Part shown: positions 8,637 to 18,100 of the stretch, in pieces
How positions within the stretch are numbered: the stretch's first letter is position 1
Layout: each line of letters opens with the position of its first letter
From: an uncultured Candidatus Competibacteraceae bacterium
GTDB taxonomy: Bacteria; Bacteroidota; Bacteroidia; CAIKAF01
DNA: 57,684 bases
Reading direction: 5' to 3'
NCBI GenBank assembly: GCA_964473995.1
Contig: CAYYRB010000005.1
Coordinates: 3,802-61,485 of the forward strand
The notes under the pieces: model-generated
The model's database searches: none
Seen by the model: only the letters and a program-made list of their open reading frames with translations
Told to the model about the DNA's origin: nothing
Position numbers and translations under genes: made by a program

Positions 8637-9206
8637 TTACTCAGCGGCAGCTTCGGTACCTTCTTCTGATGAAGATTCCACCTCAGGTGTCGTTTCAGCA
8701 TCCGAACTTTCTTCGGCTTCGGCGGTTTCTTCTGACGGAGCTTGAGCTGCTGCAAGGGCTGCGGCGCGGGACTCTGCTCTTTTGTTAAAGATGTCCTTTT
8801 CGGCCTGCAGGCGCTTCGCCTTTTCAGCTTCTTCGGCACGGCTCCTGCTTTCCAGAATTTTGCCTGTGCGGGCTTCTTTTTCCTTCACCCAGGCTGCAAA
8901 TTTTTCATCAGCCTGTTCCTGGGTAATGGCTCCTTTGTTCACCCCTGTCTGAAGGTGGTTTTTCAGCAGGATGCCTTCCTGAGAAAATAAACCACGTACT
9001 TTATCTGTAGGAGTTGCTCCTACCTGAAGCCATTTTACGGCTTTTTCGATGTCTACGATGACGGCTGCCGGTTCTACGATCGGGTTGTAAGTACCTACTC
9101 GCTCGATGAACCTTCCATCACGTGGAGATCGAGAGTCTGCTGCGACAATATGGTAGAAAGGTCTTTTCTTTCTGCCATGTCTCTGTAATCTTAATTTTAC
9201 CGACAT
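8637..9206 (-). CDS. rpsP: 30S ribosomal protein bS16 with a long Lys/Glu/Ala-rich C-terminal extension
   Basis: N-terminal [35 protein letters not shown] is canonical S16. Total length is 189 aa. Confidence 0.95.
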   Translation of the reverse strand: MSVKLRLQRHGRKKRPFYHIVAADSRSPRDGRFIERVGTYNPIVEPAAVIVDIEKAVKWLQVGATPTDKVRGLFSQEGILLKNHLQTGVNKGAITQEQADEKFAAWVKEKEARTGKILESRSRAEEAEKAKRLQAEKDIFNKRAESRAAALAAAQAPSEETAEAEESSDAETTPEVESSSEEGTEAAAE

Positions 9207-9510
9207 TTTTTAGTAGTTTTAAATCCCTTATTTTTTAGGGGCTGCAAAGTTGCGGTATTTTCTTTTTACTTCCAAATTTTCTGCCTTTTTTTCAGTGTAT
9301 CACTGAATTGTTTTCCGGGTCTTACTTTGCTGCATGGTTCTTAAAAGTGGCGTACGTTTTGGTTTTAAACTGCAGCGGAAAGGATTTCTTCCGCTCGGTT
9401 ATTTAATCTGAGTTTACAAAACATATAAACACTGGGGCGTGAAAACTTGGTGCCGGTGCATGTCAAATCCAAAATTACTTCTCACGTAATTAGCGACTAA
9501 AATTAGTTGA

Positions 9511-10818
9511 ATGGGTTCATTTATTATTGAAGGCGGACAACATCTGAAAGGGGAACTTACTCCGCAGGGCGCAAAGAACGAGGCTTTACAGGTACTCAGC
9601 GCCGTATTGCTGACCACCGAAACCGTAGTGATGCAAAATGTGCCTGATATTATCGATGTGAACAAACTCATCGAGATTCTCGGGGATATGGGCGTGAAAA
9701 TTCGCAAGGTGGACCCCTCAACGTTCGAGTTTAAAGCGGACGCCATCAATCCAGACTATATATTCAGCAAGAATTTTATTGATAAGGCTAGTAAGTTAAG
9801 GGGCTCCGTAATGCTGCTCGGTCCTCTTTTGGCGCGATTTGGCAGGGGATTCATACCCAAACCCGGGGGGGATAAAATCGGTCGTCGCCGGCTGGATGCC
9901 CATTTTCTCGGATTTAAAGATTTGGGCGCCGAATTTGAATATGACACAGAGTCGGAGTCTTTTTCCGTGAAGGCCAAGGAGCTTAAGGGGGCGTATATCC
10001 ACATGGATGAGATTTCCGTCACCGGAACGGCCAATGTGTTGATGGCTGCCGCTATGGCCAGGGGAATAACCACCTTGTACAACGCAGCTTGTGAGCCTTA
10101 TGTGCAGCAATTGTGTAAAATGCTGAATTCGATGGGTGCCAAAATCAGCGGGGTAGGATCTAATCTCTTAACCATAGAAGGGGTTCCTGAAATGGGGGGC
10201 TGTACTCACCGCATATTGCCTGATATGATTGAGATAGGCTCTTTTATCGGCTTGGCTGCCATGACTCAGTCCGAAATAACGATTAAAAATGTGAGTTACG
10301 ATAATTTGGGCATCATTCCTAAAATGTTTTCACGTATGGGTATCCATACTGAGCGCAGGGAGGATGATATTTTCATTCCGCGGCAAAGCAACTATACCAT
10401 CGATACGTTTATCGACGGTTCCATACTCACTATTTACGATGCTCCCTGGCCCGGCTTCACGCCCGATCTCATGAGTATTATGTTGGTCGTAGCTACCCAG
10501 GCCAAAGGCAGCGTGCTGATTCATCAGAAAATGTTCGAAAGCCGTTTGTTTTTTGTAGATAAGTTGATTGATATGGGTGCCCAGATTATCTTATGTGATC
10601 CGCATAGGGCTACCGTAATCGGTTTAGATCGCAAATATCCGCTTCGGGGAATAACCATGAGTTCCCCTGACATACGGGCGGGAGTATCCTTGCTGATAGC
10701 TGCCATGAGTGCGGAAGGAAAAAGTGTCATCAATAATATTGATCAGATAGATCGTGGATATCAGAATATCGACGGACGGTTGAATGCCATCGGGGCAAAA
10801 ATTATCCGCACGCCTTGA
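9511..10818 (+). CDS. murA: UDP-N-acetylglucosamine 1-carboxyvinyltransferase
   Basis: 435 aa with motifs GAKNEALQVLSA and PGGDKIGRRRLD (an Asp stands where many MurA enzymes have the active-site Cys). Confidence 0.96.
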   Translation: MGSFIIEGGQHLKGELTPQGAKNEALQVLSAVLLTTETVVMQNVPDIIDVNKLIEILGDMGVKIRKVDPSTFEFKADAINPDYIFSKNFIDKASKLRGSVMLLGPLLARFGRGFIPKPGGDKIGRRRLDAHFLGFKDLGAEFEYDTESESFSVKAKELKGAYIHMDEISVTGTANVLMAAAMARGITTLYNAACEPYVQQLCKMLNSMGAKISGVGSNLLTIEGVPEMGGCTHRILPDMIEIGSFIGLAAMTQSEITIKNVSYDNLGIIPKMFSRMGIHTERREDDIFIPRQSNYTIDTFIDGSILTIYDAPWPGFTPDLMSIMLVVATQAKGSVLIHQKMFESRLFFVDKLIDMGAQIILCDPHRATVIGLDRKYPLRGITMSSPDIRAGVSLLIAAMSAEGKSVINNIDQIDRGYQNIDGRLNAIGAKIIRTP

Positions 10819-10822
10819 TGCC

Positions 10823-11473
10823 ATGAGCCTTCTTTCCGATAGGCTTGAAAAGCTGATTGAGGGAGGGTTGCCTGGCTGGGAGGCTCAATCACTCATGGTT
10901 CCGCCGGGCAGAAAGGAGGCGGCTCTAAGCAGACTCAGTGAACCCGATCCGCCGCGCTCCGCAGCAGTTTTAGCCGTTATCCGCCAAGTTTTGGAAAGAG
11001 AGTATCGGCTGGTTTTTATCAAGCGACCTGATTATGAGGGTACACACGGCGGGCAAATTTCTTTTCCCGGAGGAAAAGCGGAGCAAGGTGACCTCAGTCT
11101 GCAGGATGTGGCCATCCGGGAAACGTTTGAGGAAATCGGCGTTTCTGCCAAATCGTTTCGGATAATGGGGAGGCTATCTCCCGTGTATATTCCTCCCAGC
11201 CATTTTTGGGTTGAGCCTTTTCTGGCGTTTGCCTCAGACCATTTGGTATATTCGCCTGATGCCCGGGAGGTAGATTATATTCTTGAAATCCCTTTAAAAC
11301 GCATAGTGTCTCCCGATTCGGTGGTGTTTTCGGATTTTAATACGGCTTATGGCCGCATGAAAAATTATCCTTGTTTTTGTTTCGGTAATCAGGTCGTGTG
11401 GGGAGCCACCGCGATGATTACCGCCGAGATTAAAGCCCTTTTGGCTAAACTCCCAGAAGATATCGTTTCGTGA
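10823..11473 (+). CDS. NUDIX hydrolase (CoA pyrophosphatase-like)
   Basis: Nudix box GGKAEQGDLSLQDVAIRETFEEIG. I chose the ATG at 10823, just after the murA stop (10816-10818). Confidence 0.85.
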   Translation: MSLLSDRLEKLIEGGLPGWEAQSLMVPPGRKEAALSRLSEPDPPRSAAVLAVIRQVLEREYRLVFIKRPDYEGTHGGQISFPGGKAEQGDLSLQDVAIRETFEEIGVSAKSFRIMGRLSPVYIPPSHFWVEPFLAFASDHLVYSPDAREVDYILEIPLKRIVSPDSVVFSDFNTAYGRMKNYPCFCFGNQVVWGATAMITAEIKALLAKLPEDIVS

Positions 11474-11654
11474 TTATAAAAATGGCCAAGAAAATCAATA
11501 CAGCAAAAAGAATGAGCAGCACTCCCCGGTAGTGGCTTTTTTGGATGGGTCTGTCCTTTATATAGGCGAAAACCAAAACCGCCGTGAAGGTTATGATGAA
11601 AAACAGCGCAAAATAAATCTGTCCTTGGGTAAACATCTTTATAAAAAGTATCAA
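11445..11654 (-). CDS. Possible small two-helix membrane protein
   Basis: 69-aa ORF with two clear hydrophobic helices. It overlaps the 3' end of the NUDIX gene by 29 nt in convergent orientation. There is no independent support. Confidence 0.35.
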   Translation of the reverse strand: MILFIKMFTQGQIYFALFFIITFTAVLVFAYIKDRPIQKSHYRGVLLILFAVLIFLAIFIITKRYLLGV

Positions 11655-11779
11655 TGGTGCGCAAATGTAAAAAGTAGGATGGTCTGATTGTTTTAAATGA
11701 ACGATAAAAATATCTGATTAGGTTTTGATGGATTGAATATGTTTTTAACTTTGACCGCCGTTCGAAATAGTAAAACGCA

Positions 11780-12550
11780 ATGAACATCAAACTTTTTTTA
11801 TCCAGGTATCTGTTTCCCATCATTTTATTGTTGGTGAGCTTAATTTTGTTGATTATCGGACTAAAGCCGGGTAAGATACAATCAGGGATTTTTCTATTAT
11901 CCGCTTTTTTATTGTTGGCCTCATCGGTAATCATGATTTTGGCCAGCGCCGAAATTTTGAAAGGAAAAGTAGCTACCATCCTCGGGTATGTCCTTATTCC
12001 GGTAGCCGGTTTTTTGGCCTATCAAAATTATGCCGTAATCCAAGATGATATAGACTACAAAAACCTTACTGATTATCGATACAGTCAGGTGCGTGAGCGT
12101 TTGGAAAAAATTCGTGAGGCACAGGTGACCTACAAGAATGAAAAGGGTCAGTTTTCCGATAATTTTGATTCACTCATCGTTTTTGTGAAAACCGGTAAAA
12201 TGCGCATCATCAAAAAGGTGGGTAATGAAGAGGATTCTTTGGCAGTAGCCACCGGCCAGGTTCGTCGGGATACGCTTTTGGTTCCCGTTTTGGGTAATGG
12301 TTTCAAGCCTGAAAATTATCCGGTAGATTCGCTGAAATATATTCCTTTCGGTAATGGTTCAGTATTTGCCCTTTCTGCGGGAATATTGGGCGCAGAAGGT
12401 TCTGATTATCGTCCTCCCGTATTCGAGGCATCCGCTCAATTTACCACTTTTCTTGGAGAGCTCGGTCAAAAGTATAAAAAAGTCGTTCCCGACTCTGCCA
12501 TTCGCGTGGGAAGTATGGTTGAACCGACTACCAACGGAAACTGGAAATAA
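11780..12550 (+). CDS. Hypothetical membrane-anchored protein
   Basis: 256 aa with three N-terminal hydrophobic helices, then a soluble domain. A terminator hairpin follows. Confidence 0.75.
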   Translation: MNIKLFLSRYLFPIILLLVSLILLIIGLKPGKIQSGIFLLSAFLLLASSVIMILASAEILKGKVATILGYVLIPVAGFLAYQNYAVIQDDIDYKNLTDYRYSQVRERLEKIREAQVTYKNEKGQFSDNFDSLIVFVKTGKMRIIKKVGNEEDSLAVATGQVRRDTLLVPVLGNGFKPENYPVDSLKYIPFGNGSVFALSAGILGAEGSDYRPPVFEASAQFTTFLGELGQKYKKVVPDSAIRVGSMVEPTTNGNWK

Positions 12551-12573
12551 TTTTCAAATAGCAGTAAAAAACG

Positions 12574-12600
12574 AAAGGGGATATGTATGTCCCCTTTTTC
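12574..12600. terminator. Bidirectional-looking terminator hairpin between convergent genes
   Basis: Stem aaagggga / tccccttt with an 8-nt loop. It is flanked by an A-run upstream and a T-run downstream, so it could terminate both strands. Confidence 0.55.
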
Positions 12601-12601
12601 T

Positions 12602-13153
12602 TTATCGGGGGTTCATAAGATTTAGTATTGCCCTTCGTGCCTGTCCAACTCTTTGGGTTCCTTCGCCTGAGATTACTGCATAAGGAACCCGCATATCATC
12701 CAGGTGTTTTTTGAATGTATTAAATAAGTGTTTGCGAAGTTGTGGATGCTCTCTGAGCGGATCAGGCTCCCAAGGAATGTCTGTGTTCATGAGCAAGTAC
12801 AGATCATATTGCTGCTTTTTCCAAAACGTTTCAATGATCGGAAGACAATAACCGAAGGCATGTTCGCTCCATATTTTCAGCACGGTCATTTCCGTATCGG
12901 CAATCAACAATCCATTAGTGGCGGTTAAAGCCATTTGTTCGGCTTCTTTTTGGCCTTTGGCAATTTGCTCCAGATCGCAGGGATCGTAAGGCGGTTTTCG
13001 CCCTTTCAGAAATTCACGGGCATATTCGGGTACCAATGAAGCGCCAAATTCGTCCGTGAGCGTTTTTGCAAGGAATGTTTTTCCTGTACTTTCGGGCCCC
13101 GTAATGGCTATTTTTATCGGTTGTTTTTCCATTTTCTGTTCCATGTTATCCAT
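12602..13153 (-). CDS. NadR-type ribosylnicotinamide kinase-like P-loop ATPase
   Basis: P-loop ITGPESTGKT near the N-terminus, and the gene lies immediately downstream of pnuC. The start is uncertain (ATGs at 13153, 13144 and 13132). The track start at 13264 would overlap pnuC by 150 nt. Confidence 0.8.
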   Translation of the reverse strand: MDNMEQKMEKQPIKIAITGPESTGKTFLAKTLTDEFGASLVPEYAREFLKGRKPPYDPCDLEQIAKGQKEAEQMALTATNGLLIADTEMTVLKIWSEHAFGYCLPIIETFWKKQQYDLYLLMNTDIPWEPDPLREHPQLRKHLFNTFKKHLDDMRVPYAVISGEGTQRVGQARRAILNLMNPR

Positions 13154-13677
13154 CCTTCCACCGCCAAAATAAAATACACGGAGGTGAGTATGGCTGTCAG
13201 GCTTAGGTTTTTTTGGATAAATAGAAAAATGGCAACGCCGTTTGAAATAATCCAGATCGGCCAATTTTCCAATTTTTTACGAATGGATAGCCAGGTTGCC
13301 GCAATTGCCGTTGTGGAAACGAATGAATCGGCGAACGGGAATTCGGCTTCCGTATACCTACTCAAAAGAGAACCCATGACAAAGCTGGTGGCGGGAATTA
13401 ACAGGATAACGAATAGACCTTCATGTAAAGAAATTCGAGAAACAGCTATCTTTTTTTCCGGTTTTCCCCAGTCGGACCAACCTTTCACGGCCATTAAGGT
13501 GTAGAATATATTCAACCCCATATCGGCAAATAATTTTGCATCAAACATGATAAAAGCAAAAATACCCGTGCTGATCCCACCGAAAAGCCAACCTGTTCTG
13601 TTCTCCCGTATGGTCAATGCCAAAAAAAGCAGTCCGCACACCACTGCCGTCCATTCGGCTGCATTACCCCAATTCAT
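13114..13677 (-). CDS. pnuC: Nicotinamide riboside transporter PnuC
   Basis: 187-aa polytopic membrane protein. It has the TIRENRTGWLFG motif and W-rich helices typical of PnuC. Confidence 0.88.
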   Translation of the reverse strand: MNWGNAAEWTAVVCGLLFLALTIRENRTGWLFGGISTGIFAFIMFDAKLFADMGLNIFYTLMAVKGWSDWGKPEKKIAVSRISLHEGLFVILLIPATSFVMGSLLSRYTEAEFPFADSFVSTTAIAATWLSIRKKLENWPIWIISNGVAIFLFIQKNLSLTAILTSVYFILAVEGWITWNRKWKNNR

Positions 13678-14422
13678 CAGTCGAATGTGAATGGCTTGCC
13701 GCTAAGGTAAGGAGCAGGTCGGGATCTTTTTCCAAAATGTTACCCACCACCACCGCATCTGCGCCTGCTTTCCACGCTTTAATCACATCATTTTCCGTCT
13801 GAATTCCGCCTCCTGCAATAAGGGGTATTTGAATGGCGCTTTTTACTTTTTGAATCATGTGTTCAGAAACAGGAAAAAGGGCTCCTGAGCCGGCTTCAAG
13901 ATATATGCATCGAAGACCGAGCATTTGTCCCGCCAGTGCTGTACAAGCTGCGATATCCGGCTTGTCGGCCGGTATAGGTGTCGTTTGTGTTATGTAGGCT
14001 GCAGATGAATCATTGCCACCCTGGATGAGTAGGTAGCCTGTGGGGATTATTTCCATTTTCGATTGGGCCAGGGATGGTGCGGCAACCACATGTTGTCCGA
14101 TTAAAAATTCCGGGTTTCGCCCTGAAATCAATGAAAGCAGCAAAATACCGTCGGCCTGGGCAGAAACCTGAATGGAATGACCGGGAAAGAGGATTACTTT
14201 CCCTTTGAATCGGGTTTTAATTTCCCGTATGGTTTCCTCTGCCGTGCCATGTGTAAGTAAGCTCCCTCCCACCAGAATTAAGGGAAGATTGGCTTTTTGG
14301 GCCAGTAAGCCGAGATGCCGAGCTTTCTCCCCATGTATTTTGTCGGGGTCAGCCAGTGGAATAAGCAATTTTCGCCCTTCAATCCGGGCTTGTTCAAAAA
14401 TGGGGTAAATGGATGATGTCAT
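13664..14422 (-). CDS. Geranylgeranylglyceryl/heptaprenylglyceryl phosphate synthase family protein (GGGPS/PcrB, TIM barrel)
   Basis: 252 aa with motifs LILVGGS, ILFPG, YLEAGSGA and IAGGGI, characteristic of the GGGPS/PcrB family. Confidence 0.85.
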   Translation of the reverse strand: MTSSIYPIFEQARIEGRKLLIPLADPDKIHGEKARHLGLLAQKANLPLILVGGSLLTHGTAEETIREIKTRFKGKVILFPGHSIQVSAQADGILLLSLISGRNPEFLIGQHVVAAPSLAQSKMEIIPTGYLLIQGGNDSSAAYITQTTPIPADKPDIAACTALAGQMLGLRCIYLEAGSGALFPVSEHMIQKVKSAIQIPLIAGGGIQTENDVIKAWKAGADAVVVGNILEKDPDLLLTLAASHSHSTDELG

Positions 14423-15023
14423 CGGGGTCTAAAGTAGCAATTCCGTGATGAAAAACGATCACATGGGATTCTTCAAAAAATAACCGCAGATAAAATTCCC
14501 GGGAACCGCAGCCAAAATCAGCTGTGGCTATAATCAGTGAGTCTGATTGACGAAATGGATGAATCGTAAATTTATTCAGATAGTCGATAAAGCCTTTCCC
14601 GTACATTTTATACAACACTTCTTTGGCGCTCCACATTGCCGTTAGTAGGGGGATTTGTTCTTTTTCAGGCAGACCTTCCGAAAAGAGAAGCTCCGCGGCA
14701 TTGAGAAATTTATCCTTGACACGGAGAATTTTTCCCCGGTAATGCTGTATATCAATTCCGCAGGAAATGGAGGGGGATAGCTGACAAACCGTGATGTTTT
14801 CCGAATGGCTGAATGATAAATCCAGTCCGGATTGCGGTAAAACCGGTTTTCCGGATTCGGTGTAACTCCACACTTTTCCGTGAGGAGGGAAAAGGTGTTT
14901 CATCAATTCATGTTCTCCGGATTTTTCGCGCGCAGTCTTAGTGAGTTCAACAAGTGCAGCATCCCTGTGTTCCACATGGATACCGACCCGATAGCTTTTG
15001 TTTTTGATTTCGATGAAACTCAA
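14394..15023 (-). CDS. 4'-phosphopantetheinyl transferase (Sfp-type)
   Basis: 209 aa with motifs FSHSENI, GIDIQ and WSAKEVLYKMYGKG (the W..KEa..K motif). Confidence 0.85.
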   Translation of the reverse strand: MSFIEIKNKSYRVGIHVEHRDAALVELTKTAREKSGEHELMKHLFPPHGKVWSYTESGKPVLPQSGLDLSFSHSENITVCQLSPSISCGIDIQHYRGKILRVKDKFLNAAELLFSEGLPEKEQIPLLTAMWSAKEVLYKMYGKGFIDYLNKFTIHPFRQSDSLIIATADFGCGSREFYLRLFFEESHVIVFHHGIATLDPDDIIHLPHF

Positions 15024-15101
15024 AATGATGGGTTATCTTTTTTGTAGTGCAAATATTTGATAAAAAAATTGTAACATTGTCGGTTAAGTTACTCAGTGCT
15101 C

Positions 15102-18100
15102 ATGAATCATTTGTACCGTCTGATTATTCTTGTATGTGTTGTTTCATGTGGCTTTTACCTTTCCGGAAAGGCTCAGGATTGTAATGTTATTTATGTGACG
15201 CCTGGAGGTGCATCCTCGGGTAATGCAGGTACGCGGCAAAATCCGGCCAGCCTTACTTATGGTCTTTCTTTGGTCAGTGGAACAGCCAATGTGTTGTATA
15301 TGCGGGCGGGCACATACAATATATCAAACCCGGTTAACCTGGTTTCTAACGTAAAAATATATGGTGGTTTTAATACCCAATGGAGAAAAACGAACGGTTC
15401 TGAATCAATTATTTTTCGGGATTTTACCAACGTTCAGTCCAATCCTTCGCGTTTGGTAGCCCTTCAGGGGAATGGAATAACTAATTTTGAATTGCATGAT
15501 ATTACAGTAAAAACGGCCAATGCCGTGGGAACCGGTATCTCAACATATGGAATTTATCTGGGCAATTGTTCGGCCTATGAGTTGGTTCGCGTACGAATTC
15601 AGGCAGGGACTGCCACGGGAGGACTTTCCGGCCTTTCGGGAAATAACGGAATTGCAGGAGCAGCCGGAGTACCGGGACAAAATGGGGATGAGGATGGGCC
15701 TTGCTGCAATTTAGGCGGCGCTCCGGGCTCAGGTTCTTTCCCCGGCAGCAATCCGGGTGGTGCCGGAGGAAATGGAGGTCCGCGCGGAACCTATTCTTTT
15801 CCGATCGGCGGATCAGCTCCTCCGGGAACTGCCGGTAATTCGGCACCGGGTTCCGGGGGAGGATTACCAGGGCTTGGTGGTGTGGGCGTAGATGATCGGA
15901 TTATTTCTTTGTCGGCCTGCGCCAGAACGACCATGAATGACGGCACTTCCGGTACACCGGGAACACCCGGTGTACAAGGGATCCCCGGCCCTGACGGAGT
16001 GGCTTCGTTTACCGGTGGTTGGTTTCAACCCGCTTCAGGTGTAAACGGAACCCCGGGTACCAATGGATTTGGCGGTGGCGGCGGCGGCGGAGGAGGTTCT
16101 CAGGGTTATGTTGTCGTAATTCCTGCCATTCCCGGCATTACCGGAGAAATTAATTCAAACGGTACGGGAGCCGGCGGCGGAGGCGGAGGCGAAGGTGGAC
16201 AGGGAGGGACAGGCGGTGGCGGCGGCGGTGGCGGCGGTGCTTCTTTTGGTCTTTTTGTATGGAATAACGGCCCCGGTGGTATTATCAAAGACTGCTATTT
16301 CCAGACCGGGCAGTTTGGTCTCGGTGGAAACGGCGGTTTGGGTGGAGCCGGTGGTTTGGGTGGTGTTGGCGGTGCCGGAGGCGGCCAACTTAATTGCGAC
16401 ATAGGCGCAGGAGGTAATGGTGGAAACGGCGGAAACGGGGGAAGTGGCGGAAAGGGCGGTCTCGGCTCTGACGGTGTCAGCATGTCCCTTTACCAAAACG
16501 GTACACCTCTCTCCATACAAAATATCAATAATCTTCAGCAGCCCATAGTTACCGTTGAATATTCAGGGTGCATTAATGCGCCGGTGAAATTCAGTACGAA
16601 CCAAACAGGAACCATTCAATGGTTTTTTGGTGCGGCTTCACAACCCGCTACCTTTTTTGGGCAGACAGCAACAGCCTACTACACGGCCACAGGGGAAAAA
16701 ACCTTTACTATGGTGTGGAATGGAATTGCCTACACCTACACTGAATTTTTGAATATAATCAACGGGTCGGCACCTCCGATTCCTCAAATTGTTTCCACGG
16801 ATACAGTTTTATGCGTAGGAGCCACAGGAACTTTTTCTTCGTCCATTTCTGCTGACAGCTACGAATGGCAAATTACCGGCGGCTCTTCGGGAGTTAATCA
16901 AACCATCATCGGGCCCTCAAATCAACAAATCTCATTCACATTTACCCAGCCGGGTAATTATCAAGTTTATCTCCAAACGGTTGATAACTGCTGCGGGCGT
17001 TCCTTCCGTGATTCCTTTGATGTTTTTATCGATGGGTTGATTCAGCCGTCTATTGCCATTCAGTCCATCATCGAAAATAATGGATTTAATGTGTGTCAGG
17101 GAGCCAATGTCATATTTACGGCAACAGCGGCTAATGTGGCCAATCAGCCCGGTTATCAATGGTTTTTAAATGGAAATCCCGTAGGAACAGGAACCTCTAC
17201 CCTGGTTTTAAATTCGCCTGCTCAGGGAGATCAGGTGTCTTGTCAGGTTACGTCGGATTTGGGATGCTCCACCGGCCTTACTGCTTTATCGAACATTATT
17301 TCGATCAACGTAATTGAAACTCCTGTCATTTCTTGTTCGTCTACCCCCGGTTTTGCCAATGAGCCCAGTTTCTTTGATGCCACCGTAGTTTCTGGAGGCT
17401 TGGCTCCCTTTACCTACACTTGGAATTTTGGAAATAATTCGTTCGGGTCCGGCGATACAGTGGCTACTGTATATCCGGTGGCCGGTTCCTATAATGTGCA
17501 GGTTGATGTTACCGATGCAAATGGCTGTACCGGAGTCTGTAATTTGGCCGTTCTGGTTGAGAATTTTCTCTCGGTTAACTTCAATACGGGCGGAACGTTC
17601 AATGGATGTGCACCGCTCCCGGTGTCTTTCTTTAATGAAAGCGTGAATGCGATTACGTATCTCTGGGATTTTGGGGATGGGACTACCTCCAATCAGGCCA
17701 ATCCGGTTCATGTATACACCTCCCCGGGAATTTACGATGTTACGCTGAGCGGTTTTAGTCAGGTCGGTAATTTGTCTGCTTCAGTCACCTCCCAAATTGC
17801 GGTTTTCCCGCGTCCAGTAGCTAATTTTTCTGCCTATCCTCAGGTGGTAGGGGAGGCGGGTCAGACGGTTTACTTTACGGATAATTCGGCAGATGCGTGG
17901 ACCTGGAATTGGAATTTCGGAGATCCGTCATCCGGTGCGGCAAATACATCAAATATTCAAAACCCGACCCACGTTTATTCGGCTAATGGAAACTATACGG
18001 TTACTTTAGTGGTGACGAATAATTACGGCTGCGCCGATACAACCGTGAAAAATGGATTTGCTCAGGTTCATGTAGGGGTGGATGAGCATGCACCGGAAAT

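Noticed and set aside
9414-9749. 111-aa minus-strand ORF overlapping the murA start
   Set aside because: It is antisense to the murA 5' end and has no ribosomal or promoter context. The 304-bp rpsP-murA spacer contains a hairpin (agcggaa...ttccgct, about 9373-9394) that I could not assign.
11389-11979. 196-aa minus-strand ORF spanning the NUDIX 3' end, the spacer and the 5' end of the next gene
   Set aside because: It overlaps two better-supported plus-strand genes. Only the shorter nested ORF (11445-11654), with two clean TM helices, was kept, at low confidence.
16106-16520. Minus-strand ORFs encoding poly-Pro or Ala/Thr-rich peptides (16106-16288, 16155-16520, 16295-16483)
   Set aside because: They are antisense reading of GGN-rich coding DNA (GGC read as GCC or CCG). 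The sense frame is continuous for more than 1000 codons with PKD and CTD motifs.
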